A stretch of DNA of 64,000 nt, taken from NCBI GenBank assembly GCA_000002445.1, contig AE017150.2:384001-448000 (forward strand), in the 5' to 3' direction. The DNA is from Trypanosoma brucei (taxonomy: Eukaryota). This document shows positions 30,733 through 41,902 of this stretch, in pieces. The notes beneath the pieces were generated by a model. The model was given only the letters and a program-made list of their open reading frames with translations, had not been told where the DNA came from and did no database searches. Each line of letters begins with the position of its first letter. The first letter of the stretch is position 1. The position numbers were made by a program, and so were the translations under genes.

Positions 30733-32562
30733 TATACATGTATGTGCATGATTAAATGAAAATGAGATGAAAAGAGGAGGAGAAGTGGAGGTAAAAAGAA
30801 TATTAAAACAACGCTTCACAAACACTAATTTACGCTTTGAGCCGCACAGAAAAATAGTAATAATATTAAATAGTTGTTGCGACATGAAAAGCGAAGCAGG
30901 AAATACAATAATGATAGACGCTTACACATCACTTTTTAACCCCTTTTCCTCTCTTAACGCATGGAGGCGTGTGGCGACGAAAGAAAGAAAGGGAGGGGAG
31001 GAAAAACCCACGAACAAATATTACCTTCCCTCCTTCATCCAAAACAACAACACGAAGCCCTGAAAATGGAGAACAATAATGATAATAATAATAATGCGGA
31101 CAATCTTTTCAGAACACCTTCTGCGACGTATTTTCTTTCTTTTTTTTTGTTAAAAAAAAAGGTTTTAACATATGTTTGGTGAGATGAGGCGGTTCACGTC
31201 GAGAAGGGGATGTGTTGTCTTTTGTGCGCTAATGCCCGCTGTGTGCCAGTTGCGTGAGGTCCCGTGCGGTTGCGGCTCTGCGGCGCATTGATACGTGTAC
31301 ACTTTCTTGAATTCATGCGCAAAGCCAGATGGAAAATGTGGGAAAGAGTGGGAACACGAACAGGAACAGGAATAATAGGGGGAAACTTCACATCAACACC
31401 TGTAATCCACCACAGACATTTTCTCGTAAAACACTCACATACATACACGAGCACACGCAGAAATATATATATATATATATATATAAATGCTCATGTGCAT
31501 ATACGTGCGAATTTATGAGGGAAGTGATATAAACTCTCTCATTGTGCATCTCATCTCCTTCACTGTGTATTTCTGCGTGTCACGGTGACGCAAGCTAAAA
31601 CCTGTGATGAGGTTAGATGCTTTCACCTGTTCATCCTATTTATTTTACGAAGGGCTGCCGCAGCGTATTAATGGTGGGAAAAAAGGGCAACAACCAAAAA
31701 TAATAATAATAATAATGACACAACACCGCCCCGATTTTTACGATTCATGCAACCGCAAAGACACTGATAACATTCTGCCTGCAGAGGTTGAAAAAAATGC
31801 TAGAGGCCATATTTACGCTGGAGGAACCGTGGAAGTTGAAACCAAACAACGGAAAGGGGATTTGGGTACCGCAGCAGATAAGTTATTTTCAAATATGAAG
31901 GGGTGCTGGGAAAAGTAAAACGACAACAACAACAAAAGTGGATGGATTCGAAGTGAACAAACCCGACTATGACCCTGCCCGGGATCTGCACGTGTAACGC
32001 AGCTCACCTCCCTCTTTTATTTATTTATTTTTTGACTTTGCACCGCCCGCAGCCAGCAATCATTTGCAGCGTTTAAAGAATGTCCACACACACACACACA
32101 CAACTTCTTTAACCACACCGCTCCCATATAAAGTAAGCTTACTCATATTTACTCCCTCCGTCAGCCTCGCAAACACAAGTCGATGTCTCAGTTCTATTTT
32201 TCCGGCTGTAATGCGGCCCCTTTTCAAACGAACAAATGAACGGCGACACCAAAGGACAAAAAGTTTCCGAAATCATTTCCCCAGTCCGGAGCGCGCCCTC
32301 ATTTCATCCTTTTCATCGCATAGCCAACCCCATTCATTCATTCATTCATTGATTCACCTTCAGCCCATACAAATCATCTGCCGAGGTTTCCCAACATTTA
32401 TTCATTATGTATTGCGGCTTGTATCATCTCCCTTTTGAAATTCACCGCCCCATTTTCGTCCATCACGTGTTTGTTTGCCTTTGCATTCGTTTGTACACCT
32501 GCTTCTAAACCTCCTTTCTTTTTTTTTTTCGTCACCTTCAATTCCCGCCGAGGTAATTTCCC

Positions 32563-34620
32563 TTACTTGCACATATGGTCAAAAGAATTGGGATTGAGGC
32601 ACTGCCAATATCCACCGTGCGTTTCTCGCACTTGTTGCACCAATTCCTCAGCTTGACACCACAACATTCGACTCCTCGGCAGCTTCGACCGCGATCCGTT
32701 GCTTTCCAGCAGGGCCCGCATTACCGCTTCCGAGCACCGCGCCACATTTGACAAGTTATATCCTCCCTCAAGCACTACAACAAGTTTGGGGCACACAGCA
32801 GCGAGGGCTTTCACAAGCAGATAATAACCAGAAGGTGTTACTTGCATGGAGCCAAGGAGATCCCTAGCAGCAGAATCGAAACCGCAGCTCACAAACACAA
32901 CCTCTGGTTCAAACTCCCGCATCACCGGTAGTACCACGTCTAGGACAACTTGCAGATACTCCAAGTCTCCCATGTTATGGGTAGGCCATGGTATATTTAT
33001 GTTCTTTCCCTTCGCTTCTGGGTTGGCATCGCCCCCAACGCGATCCATATGCCCCGTGGAAGGATAAAATGGTCTCGGTTCGTTTGAAGAATCCTCATCA
33101 GAATAAGAATACCCCTCTGAGTCACCAGAGAGTTTTCCCGCCCTTTCCTGTGACTCAGACGATGTTGACGAGTCGCTTTCACTACCGCTACTACCTGATT
33201 CGGGGAATCTCGCAAGCTCCTCTGCGTTAACGCCGAAAATTCGAGCCAACTCGTCGTCCTGATTCGCCATTTCCTCCGCCAGTTTGTTGTAGTCCACAGG
33301 TTTGCGCTGTCTCCTACACGACGACTCTTTTTTTTCTTCATCATCCTGTGGTGACTCGTGTTTACACTCACCGCCAGTTGATTCCTCCTCCTTCACGGGA
33401 GACCTTTCATTCGGCACCGTACCACAAGCTAAACCTTCCGCTACTTCCTGATCAGTTTCCTTATTCCTCACGCTGTCGTCACCACCGCAGAGCTCCGGTT
33501 TCACATCCTCAATTGGGTCCATCAACGCGGCCAAGTCATCTAATTCCACGATGTTGTCCACTACAGTGGGGTTCTTCCGCAAGATATGCCCCCGTTTCGA
33601 ACCATGTTGGTGAATAGACACAACTACAACTGAGGGATCTTCGTAAAATATGTTTTCGGTACCATCGCAATGATGAACATCCCAATCAATCACAAGTACA
33701 CGCGGCTCTGCTGCGGTTGAAGCAGGTTCACAAGGGCCACCGGAGCTACGGGGAGAAGGTGCGGCGTTACCACCTTCTTGCAACTTCTTTAGTTCCCGCT
33801 GGGCCGCACGCACGGCAACTGCAACATTGTTGAAGAAACAAAATCCTGACGCCCTGTCACGTCCCGCATGGTGACCTGGTGGGCGAATCAATGCAAATGA
33901 ATTGCGCACCTCACCGCGGACGACACTCAGAGCAGCCGCTATTGCGCAACCGGCCGCAGCACGCGCCGCTCTAGATGTATTTTCATTTGCGTAGAGGTCC
34001 TCGCCCACATTGCAGCTCTCTCCAGGCTTGCGTAGCAGCGTAGCAACCTCTAGTTGGTCTACACTATCAATGTGCTCAGTCGAGTGCACAAGGCGCAATT
34101 CCCTTGTGCGAGCGGAGCGGTGATGCAAACGACGGCAGCATTCGAGAAGCCCAATCACCTCGAGGTGATCTAATGTTCGTTGGAGTCTTCCGGGGCGTTC
34201 GTAGTCTCCCGGATCGGTAGAGGCATGTAAAAGCGTAACTTCATCATAAGCGACACCTGTACCTTCAGCTTCAATTGCGGTGATGTCCAGAGTGGGGGTC
34301 ATAGTTGTCAGTGTAATTGAGGTTTCGTTTACCTCCGGAATCATCATATCGAGGATTGTTGGGAGGGGATCGATGGGTGGAAGTGCTGTGGGCAGCACCG
34401 AAGGCACTCCGTGTGCTTGACCCATCCAATTGTGAATATAAGTTTCAAGACGGTCCGTGCAGCGCCGGAAATTTGGATGTGACATTTCTTCATCATGATG
34501 CGGCTCACCACCTTCTTTCCTGGTCGCGACGGAAGATGATGAAGTTTCTTTTTTAACCTTTTTGTTCACCCGCTTGTCATCGTTCTCCACACTTTCTGCT
34601 TCACGCGTTTCTTTGCCCAT
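32563..34620 (-). CDS. DAC3: Class II (HDAC6-like) histone deacetylase with a large internal insertion
   Basis: The catalytic blocks are present: PPGHHA, FCFFNNVAVA, IDWDVHHCDGTE (the HH charge-relay pair; HHGxG is altered to HHCDG), FYPSTGH, NINIPW and the C-terminal GGYN. A ~160-aa acidic/Ser-rich insertion sits between the SIHQHGS and FYPSTG blocks. The symbol is from memory of the T. brucei chr II gene order and needs confirmation. Confidence 0.8.
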   Translation of the reverse strand: MGKETREAESVENDDKRVNKKVKKETSSSSVATRKEGGEPHHDEEMSHPNFRRCTDRLETYIHNWMGQAHGVPSVLPTALPPIDPLPTILDMMIPEVNETSITLTTMTPTLDITAIEAEGTGVAYDEVTLLHASTDPGDYERPGRLQRTLDHLEVIGLLECCRRLHHRSARTRELRLVHSTEHIDSVDQLEVATLLRKPGESCNVGEDLYANENTSRAARAAAGCAIAAALSVVRGEVRNSFALIRPPGHHAGRDRASGFCFFNNVAVAVRAAQRELKKLQEGGNAAPSPRSSGGPCEPASTAAEPRVLVIDWDVHHCDGTENIFYEDPSVVVVSIHQHGSKRGHILRKNPTVVDNIVELDDLAALMDPIEDVKPELCGGDDSVRNKETDQEVAEGLACGTVPNERSPVKEEESTGGECKHESPQDDEEKKESSCRRQRKPVDYNKLAEEMANQDDELARIFGVNAEELARFPESGSSGSESDSSTSSESQERAGKLSGDSEGYSYSDEDSSNEPRPFYPSTGHMDRVGGDANPEAKGKNINIPWPTHNMGDLEYLQVVLDVVLPVMREFEPEVVFVSCGFDSAARDLLGSMQVTPSGYYLLVKALAAVCPKLVVVLEGGYNLSNVARCSEAVMRALLESNGSRSKLPRSRMLWCQAEELVQQVRETHGGYWQCLNPNSFDHMCK

Positions 34621-35665
34621 TGCGGTTGCGGTTCAACAAATGGAACGAAACTGCAGCGCAGGCGGTATGGAGAGCAATACCACGTGGTTATTGGCCCAAC
34701 CAGTAACCACGTGGTGCGTCGTGGGGGATGAGATGCTGAAAGAATGCTTTCGCCTTTGAGCCGCTTCCCCCCTTTTGGTTTCACTTTAATTATTATCCTT
34801 GTCACGACGAGTAGAAGACTTCACTGCCGGTGGTGCACGTGGTCGTGATGGCGATATGCGCTACGTCCCCTTTCCTTTCCTTTCCCTTCCCTTCTCTTCT
34901 TTTGTTTTTTGTGTGCGTGTGTTCATGAAAAACCAAGAATGGAGAGGCGCCTAATTGGAAGGGTGATCCACCCGGGGACGCCACATAAACACAGTCGACA
35001 TTTTCCTAATCCATTTTTTCCCCTTTACCAACTTCCCTTTTCTTTCTTTTTTTCATTTTTAATTTCCCCTTATTCCCCCGCAACCCCCACAATATGGCAG
35101 GCAACGTCACAAAACTGTCACGACGCCAGCACCATCCACCAACCAAGACACGTACACTAAAAGGAAGGAAAGACACCAAAAAAAGGGCAACAACTCGCAA
35201 CCAAAACCGGCAGTAGTGCAGGTCTACGCCATGGCATTCATGGGTATGTGTGTGTGTTTGGTGTTTGTTTGGTGTTAACCTCTTTTTTTTCTTTTTTCTT
35301 TTTTCTCTGTTTCCCACCCCCGCCCTGCTGGTGTCGAATTGTTAAAAGCTTTACTGAGGCTGAAGATATCCGAAGGCCTCCCGCATCCCCCTCTCTTCAA
35401 AGGTTTGACACAAATGTAGTCCTCCTACCCAAACATCCGCATGTGCTGCGCGATACTTAAATGGTCTTAGACGGAAAGGCAAAGACAAAATGCACGCTAT
35501 TGCACCTCAGTGTACTTTCGTCTCGTTGGACGAGTGAAGGAAAAGAGGACGGGTAATGCACAGAAAAAAACCAAATTTCTCACCACCCAGAGTCGCTTCT
35601 CCTCCTCCCCCCCCAAAAAAAAAAAATAATAATAAAATCGTGGCGGTCATACAACATTTGACATT

Positions 35666-36238
35666 TCAGGCTGCTGTGGCTTTTCCCAGTCCCTCTTCGC
35701 ATATCAGATCCATCGCATGTTTGAACACCTCCGCTCCAAATCGCCTCGTCACTTCAGATCCATAACCTGCAGGTGTACCCAACAGATCCGATTGATTTTC
35801 TCCTATAATTCCACATGCCACATAAACGGCAACACCTGAAGTAAACTCTCGCTCCAGCCTCCTCGAGAGCCGACGCGCGAGGGAATCTGCAAACACCGCC
35901 TGTGGATTGGGAGCCCCAACGCCTACTTCATGTTGTGCTTCTTTAAAACCAAGCTGTGGAAGAGCCGTATCGTCAACGAGTGTTGTAGCGGCACTGTCGC
36001 CTGAAACTCCACTAAAAGACACGGCGCAGGCCCCAAATGGTGGTGGTGGAGCGCTGAATCCCTCACGGGTCATGGCAATGTGAAACCAAAAACAACGACG
36101 GTTGAACGAAACCATCTGAAGTGTCACACAAGCGATGGGAACGCGACGCGGGGCATTTTCTTCCAATTCAAAAACATCATCCGCCGGCACTTCATGGGTG
36201 AAGGTAAAATGTCGTGTCGCTAAACTGGGGGCAGGCAT
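35666..36238 (-). CDS. Hypothetical protein (190 aa)
   Basis: It is an uninterrupted ORF in the same orientation and spacing as its neighbours. No family was recognised. Confidence 0.4.
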   Translation of the reverse strand: MPAPSLATRHFTFTHEVPADDVFELEENAPRRVPIACVTLQMVSFNRRCFWFHIAMTREGFSAPPPPFGACAVSFSGVSGDSAATTLVDDTALPQLGFKEAQHEVGVGAPNPQAVFADSLARRLSRRLEREFTSGVAVYVACGIIGENQSDLLGTPAGYGSEVTRRFGAEVFKHAMDLICEEGLGKATAA

Positions 36239-36516
36239 TTATTATATGCGCGTTGCCCCTCTACAAATAAATAAACAAATATAAACTTCAAAACTCTGAA
36301 AGTTAGTGGGGGAAGATGGGCCGTATTTTATCAGGTACTGAGACGCACTGAAAAAAAAAATATATGAAGTGGTCCGCACTTCCCCTTCCCTTCCCTTCCT
36401 TCCAGTGGCTTTCCCGACAGGGGGGGGGGGAAAGAAAAAACGGGACTTAAGCGGTCAAAACACGAGCTTGAAAAAAAAAATTGTGTGCAGGAGCTTTTTG
36501 GCATCTCTCCTAAGGG

Positions 36517-39500
36517 TTACGGCATGGCCACCGTTGCCGTGGTTACGAAGGAAGGTAATGTTCGGGATCTCTCTTCATTTTTTTCACCGTCATTCCCCCG
36601 TCCTTCCATTTTGGCCCCCTCACCCTCAACTTCATGTGTTGCACCAATGCCAACACTTTCAGTACGAAGCATCAGGTCCATTTGCTTCTCAAAGACGCCT
36701 TGAACACCATGTGAGAAAGCGTGCGTTTCCGTCAACCACTGTGACAACCAATTTTCTACTTCATCCCCCTGTAAGACAAGGTGGTGCACCGGAGTATCTA
36801 ACGGAAAGTTGCTGATGTCAATATTTGGCTGCACTGCCGACGTCACCGATCCGTCCTCTCCTTGCAGCATCAGTTCACCAAGGGCATCGGTAACATAAAT
36901 TAGAGGAATACAACTGTTAAAACTATCAAGACTAAACTTAAACTCACGCTCGTTGCTGCTGGATGCCACGCTGGACCCATCCCCATTCTCATTACCTTCC
37001 GAATAACAAACGCTACTCATCATGCCTGCATCCTCAAGGATACACAACTGGACGTAATCGCTGAAACCGAGCACCACCGCATCCCCACCTCTGATGCTGC
37101 CTCCCTCTACCGCCACAGCATAGAGAGTACTAAAAGCCCCACGTGCTATGGATCGGCTCTTCGCTGCACCGATTGTGGTTTCATAGACAATTGGAAGTAA
37201 GGGGATAATACCGGCGCCGTCAGGTTGTGATGCATTCGAACCACGCTGACGGTTCACTGTCCTTATGGTAACGCTGTTCTGTTCTGCACTAATTACACGC
37301 TTCAGTTGTTCAACCCCGAGGTGGAAACGAGGCGTGCGATTCGTAGCAGCACGGTGACGCAGCCAGCCAAGCGAAAATTGGGTCAACATGCCATCCAAAC
37401 ATTGTAACAGCTTATCACCCTCCCCGGTAGTTTCCGGTAGACTTACCAGCTTTTCCTCAGGCTTCATTTCTGCCTCTTTCATTATAGATTTAATCCGCTG
37501 TCTTATGTGGCGCAACAGCCGCAGTGTTGTGAGTGCAGCCGTGCTCACACCCGCTCCCCGCAGCTCGGCGCGCCACGCCTCAACGACGTTACGGGCGTGA
37601 GCAAAGTTTTCCTCCCCACTCCAACCTCTGCTGCATCGCTGCAAGTCACGGTAGAACGCAAGCAGACGGAGAAAAAATGTGCACTGTGGTTCTACTTCCC
37701 GCTGTGGCTTAATGAGATCCAGGACAGTGTAAATAACCTCAGAGTCGCACTGTTGCAGCATGAGCTTAGCGGCGAGCAACTGCACTACACAGGAGGGCAT
37801 AACGAGTGGATCCAACTGAGAAAGACTAAAGTAGCGGGCCGCGTCATGTAGGGCACACTGCTCTGATAACAGTAATGCTGCTGAATTCTCCGAAACCTCA
37901 GCTAATCGAACATTCGGAGCGGCTAACTGATTGTAGAGCAGGACCGCCACGGGAGCGTTGCGAGCAGAGCTCGCAACGCTCAGCAGAGCAGCTGTCAGAC
38001 TGGAAGAGGTGCACACTTCTGCTGCTGATGACTGTTGCACCCGCGAGAAAAACATGTGCGCAGCTTCCATCTTAGCAATGGGGTCCATTGCAGCACGAGC
38101 CAAAGCATTCAAGGCGGCACAAGCTGCCTCACGTACAGTACACCATGTATCTCGGAAGTAACCAACATCGGTTTGCGAAGTGAGGAGCAGCACATTATTT
38201 TGCACAAAGGCATAATGTGCTGCATTGGCACCCACACACTGGGAGAGCGCAACTAATAGTTTTAACTTAGTAGCGGCTAAAGTTATCACCGTGTGGTCAC
38301 CAGCATCACTTGATTCGATAGGATCATTATTCCTGACGTCAGTTCCACTGCAACCCTCAGTAGCTGCACCGCACATCTCGTCACCGTTTAAGATACTATT
38401 ATTTTCGTTAGCGGAACTTTGGTCCATAGTTTGGGAACACTCTTCCGCCATCGCATTAAACTCTTCAAACAGTCTGCAGGCCGAGGTAAAGTCACCGCTG
38501 GTCCGGAACGCCAAAATCGCCAAACCCACGTCATTTCCCAAATCACAAACACGTTTTTTGTAGTCAACCCCGGTATCATTGCCACTACCACCTCCTGTGT
38601 ATTGCTTCGCCCTACCTTGCTGTTCAGCATAGAACGGAAGCAGCTTGTTAAGCACATCAACAGCCAACACGCCATCTTGAAGGACACTCACCAGTTGCAG
38701 TCTGGCGCGCAACTCGCTCATCATTTCGTACGAATCTTGAAGTTGTTGTCGGTGATTGCCAACTGAGTGGTGGAGCGGGAGCATATCCATTAGCTCATAA
38801 GCGCGATGCTTTTCTTCGCCAAGCGCCCACTGCAGCCGTCCCATCTCGCCCCGGTCGCTGAATGGTTCCCACCCACTGGTATAAGTTTCTTTAGCCTTGT
38901 CACCACTAGCCTTTTGCTTCTGCTGCTCCTGATGTGCTTCACGCCTATCCAAAAACTTTTGAAGCTTGGAGGCCTTCCATTGAATTCGCTCAGCCGCATT
39001 TTTTAATAAAATGGTGGCTGCCGCCGAGGGGACAACCATCTCACCCAACTTATTCCCGGCGCTGGAAACGGCATCAAGAACCTTCCGCAGCACAGTCACA
39101 GGAGGTATGTGGCAAGCTACGCCAGCCCGGCAGGCCTCAGTAAAAGTTGAAAAGTTATAGCGAAGTGCTTCCGGTTCTAAGGCGGACGAAGCAGGCGGCA
39201 ACGTCGTTGAGGCAATTGAAGAACATACAACATGTGCGTCACACGTGGAGGAGCCACAAGCCGTAGGCAACTGCTGCGTGCGCTGCTCCATGAGATCCAT
39301 AACGCCTAATTGTTCCAGCAGGGAGATATTTGCTGTGACCGGCTGGTCTATTGGGAAAACCACACCTCCCATATCATTGTTATTATTATTATTATTGATA
39401 TTATTGTTTCGGCTAACATCACCTCCACGCACGTCTCTTAGGAGTTGCTTGAAGAGTGCTTGTTTGGGATAGTTATGCTGGTGCCTGTTGTGTCGACTAC

Positions 39501-39636
39501 CAGCTGCCGCCGGCTCGTGCAGATTCTCAGTTTGGCTAAACATAAATGTGACCATACCAACAGAAAGGGCCCCGGTATGTGTTGCTGTCACTGGGAAGCG
39601 CACACGCCGTGACGTACAGCAGTGCCTCCTCCACAT
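36517..39636 (-). CDS. Large hypothetical protein (1039 aa), mostly helical, with an Asn-rich tract near the N-terminus
   Basis: It is a long uninterrupted ORF in polycistron orientation. It has an (AAT)n-encoded poly-N tract (NNNINNNNNNND). No family was recognised. Confidence 0.6.
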   Translation of the reverse strand: MWRRHCCTSRRVRFPVTATHTGALSVGMVTFMFSQTENLHEPAAAGSRHNRHQHNYPKQALFKQLLRDVRGGDVSRNNNINNNNNNNDMGGVVFPIDQPVTANISLLEQLGVMDLMEQRTQQLPTACGSSTCDAHVVCSSIASTTLPPASSALEPEALRYNFSTFTEACRAGVACHIPPVTVLRKVLDAVSSAGNKLGEMVVPSAAATILLKNAAERIQWKASKLQKFLDRREAHQEQQKQKASGDKAKETYTSGWEPFSDRGEMGRLQWALGEEKHRAYELMDMLPLHHSVGNHRQQLQDSYEMMSELRARLQLVSVLQDGVLAVDVLNKLLPFYAEQQGRAKQYTGGGSGNDTGVDYKKRVCDLGNDVGLAILAFRTSGDFTSACRLFEEFNAMAEECSQTMDQSSANENNSILNGDEMCGAATEGCSGTDVRNNDPIESSDAGDHTVITLAATKLKLLVALSQCVGANAAHYAFVQNNVLLLTSQTDVGYFRDTWCTVREAACAALNALARAAMDPIAKMEAAHMFFSRVQQSSAAEVCTSSSLTAALLSVASSARNAPVAVLLYNQLAAPNVRLAEVSENSAALLLSEQCALHDAARYFSLSQLDPLVMPSCVVQLLAAKLMLQQCDSEVIYTVLDLIKPQREVEPQCTFFLRLLAFYRDLQRCSRGWSGEENFAHARNVVEAWRAELRGAGVSTAALTTLRLLRHIRQRIKSIMKEAEMKPEEKLVSLPETTGEGDKLLQCLDGMLTQFSLGWLRHRAATNRTPRFHLGVEQLKRVISAEQNSVTIRTVNRQRGSNASQPDGAGIIPLLPIVYETTIGAAKSRSIARGAFSTLYAVAVEGGSIRGGDAVVLGFSDYVQLCILEDAGMMSSVCYSEGNENGDGSSVASSSNEREFKFSLDSFNSCIPLIYVTDALGELMLQGEDGSVTSAVQPNIDISNFPLDTPVHHLVLQGDEVENWLSQWLTETHAFSHGVQGVFEKQMDLMLRTESVGIGATHEVEGEGAKMEGRGNDGEKNEERSRTLPSFVTTATVAMP

Positions 39637-39846
39637 AGCACAGGCCGATACCGCTGCGACCCTCTCTAACCTTCAACTTTAACTCTTCACTGCATGGAAA
39701 AAACCACCAGAAAGAAAGAAGAGTAAAAAAAAAACACTGGCTTTTGTGCATCCGAGCTATCACACATATCCTCACGCACATGTCCTCTAATCACCGTACC
39801 TTTGCTTCGATGTGACGTCGATGCACGCTAGCAAATAGTGTCCGCG

Positions 39847-39848
<2 letters not shown>

Positions 39849-39912
<64 letters not shown>
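39849..39912. repeat. Compound (CA)n(TA)n microsatellite (64 bp)
   Basis: ACACAC...CATACACACACATATATATATATATATATATAT is visible in the sequence. Confidence 0.9.
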
Positions 39913-40197
39913 GTTATGTGAAAATGAACTGAAGAGTAGTTACCTTCATGTTAACTTCCCTTCGTCTCCTGTTGCTTGCCGTATCTCTTAACCCATCGTT
40001 CAGTGCGGCACACCCTATTCAAATGATTGCCGGTTTTGCAAGCCTGCGAAAAAAGGAAGTCAATTACTTTGGTAGTGAAAAGGAGGGTCAACCCCACCCT
40101 CTGACTGCATAGATGCACTTCTATAAAGAAGGATCAAAACGACGACAAACCGCAGAAAATAATAATGATAATGGCGAACCGAGTGTATCACATGCTT

Positions 40198-41169
40198 TTA
40201 GTTTCGCTGCCGAGAGAGCGGTTCCTCTTCTTCCCCAATCAGCTCAGCCGTAACGGCAGTTGGGTTTACGACATACTTCACTGCCCCGCCCCGAGTTGTC
40301 ACGACACGGCAGACAGCGTTCCCACAAGTGGAGCAACATCCCTCTAGAAGCGCCGGATCGCTGCGTTTGTTCACATCCCTCAAACACGTCTCTCGCCATG
40401 TCTTCGGCTTCAACAGTTCACACCGACCGCTGCGTGTCGTGCGGGTCATTTCCCCCTCAATGGGAAGCCCTCGCGCTGCAAGTGTTGCCGTAAGCGGTGA
40501 CGAAATAAATTCCCTTGAAGAACTGAGATCCCCACGGTTGGAGTCGGCTGCCATCGCGCCCCTACCACGGCCCACGGCACTGCGCTGTAGGAGTCCACGC
40601 AGCTGAAGCGCTTTTGCACTTGCCGGCGCGGTAAAGCACGGCCAACCATCTTTATGTGACCCGAGAGTGCTGGCTACTGTGAAGTCATTGCTGCTAAACA
40701 GCGTGGAACTGCACTCCCTGCAATTATATGAAACAACATATCGTTCGGCATCCGTACCATTCACTGGCATTCGATGAAGTCTTTCCATAACTGCGGTTTC
40801 TCCGCCAACTGGTGTGAAGGGCGGATCCAATACGAGAGGAGGGACATCTGCTAATGTTGGGGGGCCACTTCCTTTCGCACACGGAAGCCTTTTGTGATGT
40901 TGTTCTCGCTGCTGCTGCTGCTGCCGAGCACATTCGCTCCCCTGTGGCGTGTGGCAGACATCATTAGTAAGCGAAGAAGTGTCGGCTCCACGTTTTATAT
41001 GCCTTTCCCGAGCGCCCGCGAGCCACAACATGGACTGAGGAATGGGCCCTGTATGTATGCGACGGCATTTGCTGACAGCTCGGTATTTGACCGCTAGCTG
41101 CACTGTACGTCTAAACGTGTTTTGTAGATGTGAATGCATAATGAAATGCAGTGCTGCCTCAGTAGGCAA
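40198..41169 (-). CDS. Hypothetical protein (323 aa) with C-terminal Cys cluster (CCSTCGNAVC)
   Basis: It is an uninterrupted ORF in polycistron orientation. No family was recognised. Confidence 0.45.
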   Translation of the reverse strand: MPTEAALHFIMHSHLQNTFRRTVQLAVKYRAVSKCRRIHTGPIPQSMLWLAGARERHIKRGADTSSLTNDVCHTPQGSECARQQQQQREQHHKRLPCAKGSGPPTLADVPPLVLDPPFTPVGGETAVMERLHRMPVNGTDAERYVVSYNCRECSSTLFSSNDFTVASTLGSHKDGWPCFTAPASAKALQLRGLLQRSAVGRGRGAMAADSNRGDLSSSREFISSPLTATLAARGLPIEGEMTRTTRSGRCELLKPKTWRETCLRDVNKRSDPALLEGCCSTCGNAVCRVVTTRGGAVKYVVNPTAVTAELIGEEEEPLSRQRN

Positions 41170-41862
41170 ATATTTTCAAACCTTTCAGTCTTCCTCTGTG
41201 AATAATTTTGGCTTCAAATCAACCACCATCTATAAATGTCATTAAGTGTGGCGTGAAGAAGAAAAAGAGAACAGCAGTTGAGAACCACAAGGCAGGGCTC
41301 AAGCAAAATAGGGGAAAAAGAGAGAGATGCCTTATCGGAATGACCCGCATCATTGTGCATCGGGGCAGAGGCACTGCAAGGTTTTTGTCTTGTCTTAACT
41401 TTTGCGCAGGGTTGAGTAAAAGGCTACAAAAGCATCTCAATCGCAGTTGAAGCCATTCCACTTTTTCTTTTCATTTAGCTTTCTGTCGGATGAGGAGCTT
41501 ATACACGATGCCCGCCTTCCTTTTCTTTTTTTCTTTTCTTCTTTTCTGTTATTCCTCCTAGAGGTTTTAGAGATGTTACACTACTTAGTCGCGACTGGGT
41601 CAATTCTTTATAGAAATTTGTTATACGAAAGACAAGGGAATATAAATTCCCTGCAACAACTCACCTCAACTCCGAGTGACATGGCAACCTACCAATACGT
41701 AGTCACATTGCCGCACACCAACTCAAGCAGAAAAAAAATCAGAAAGAGTGAAAGAGTGTAAGAGAAAAAGAAAACAAAAAAAAACACAGAGCTCAATCTG
41801 AAGGATGCTAGTCCCCTCCTCACCATTTCTTTACCCTTCAATATCTACCTTACCACCCCGTC

Positions 41863-41893
<31 letters not shown>

Positions 41894-41902
41894 ATGCTTC
41901 AG

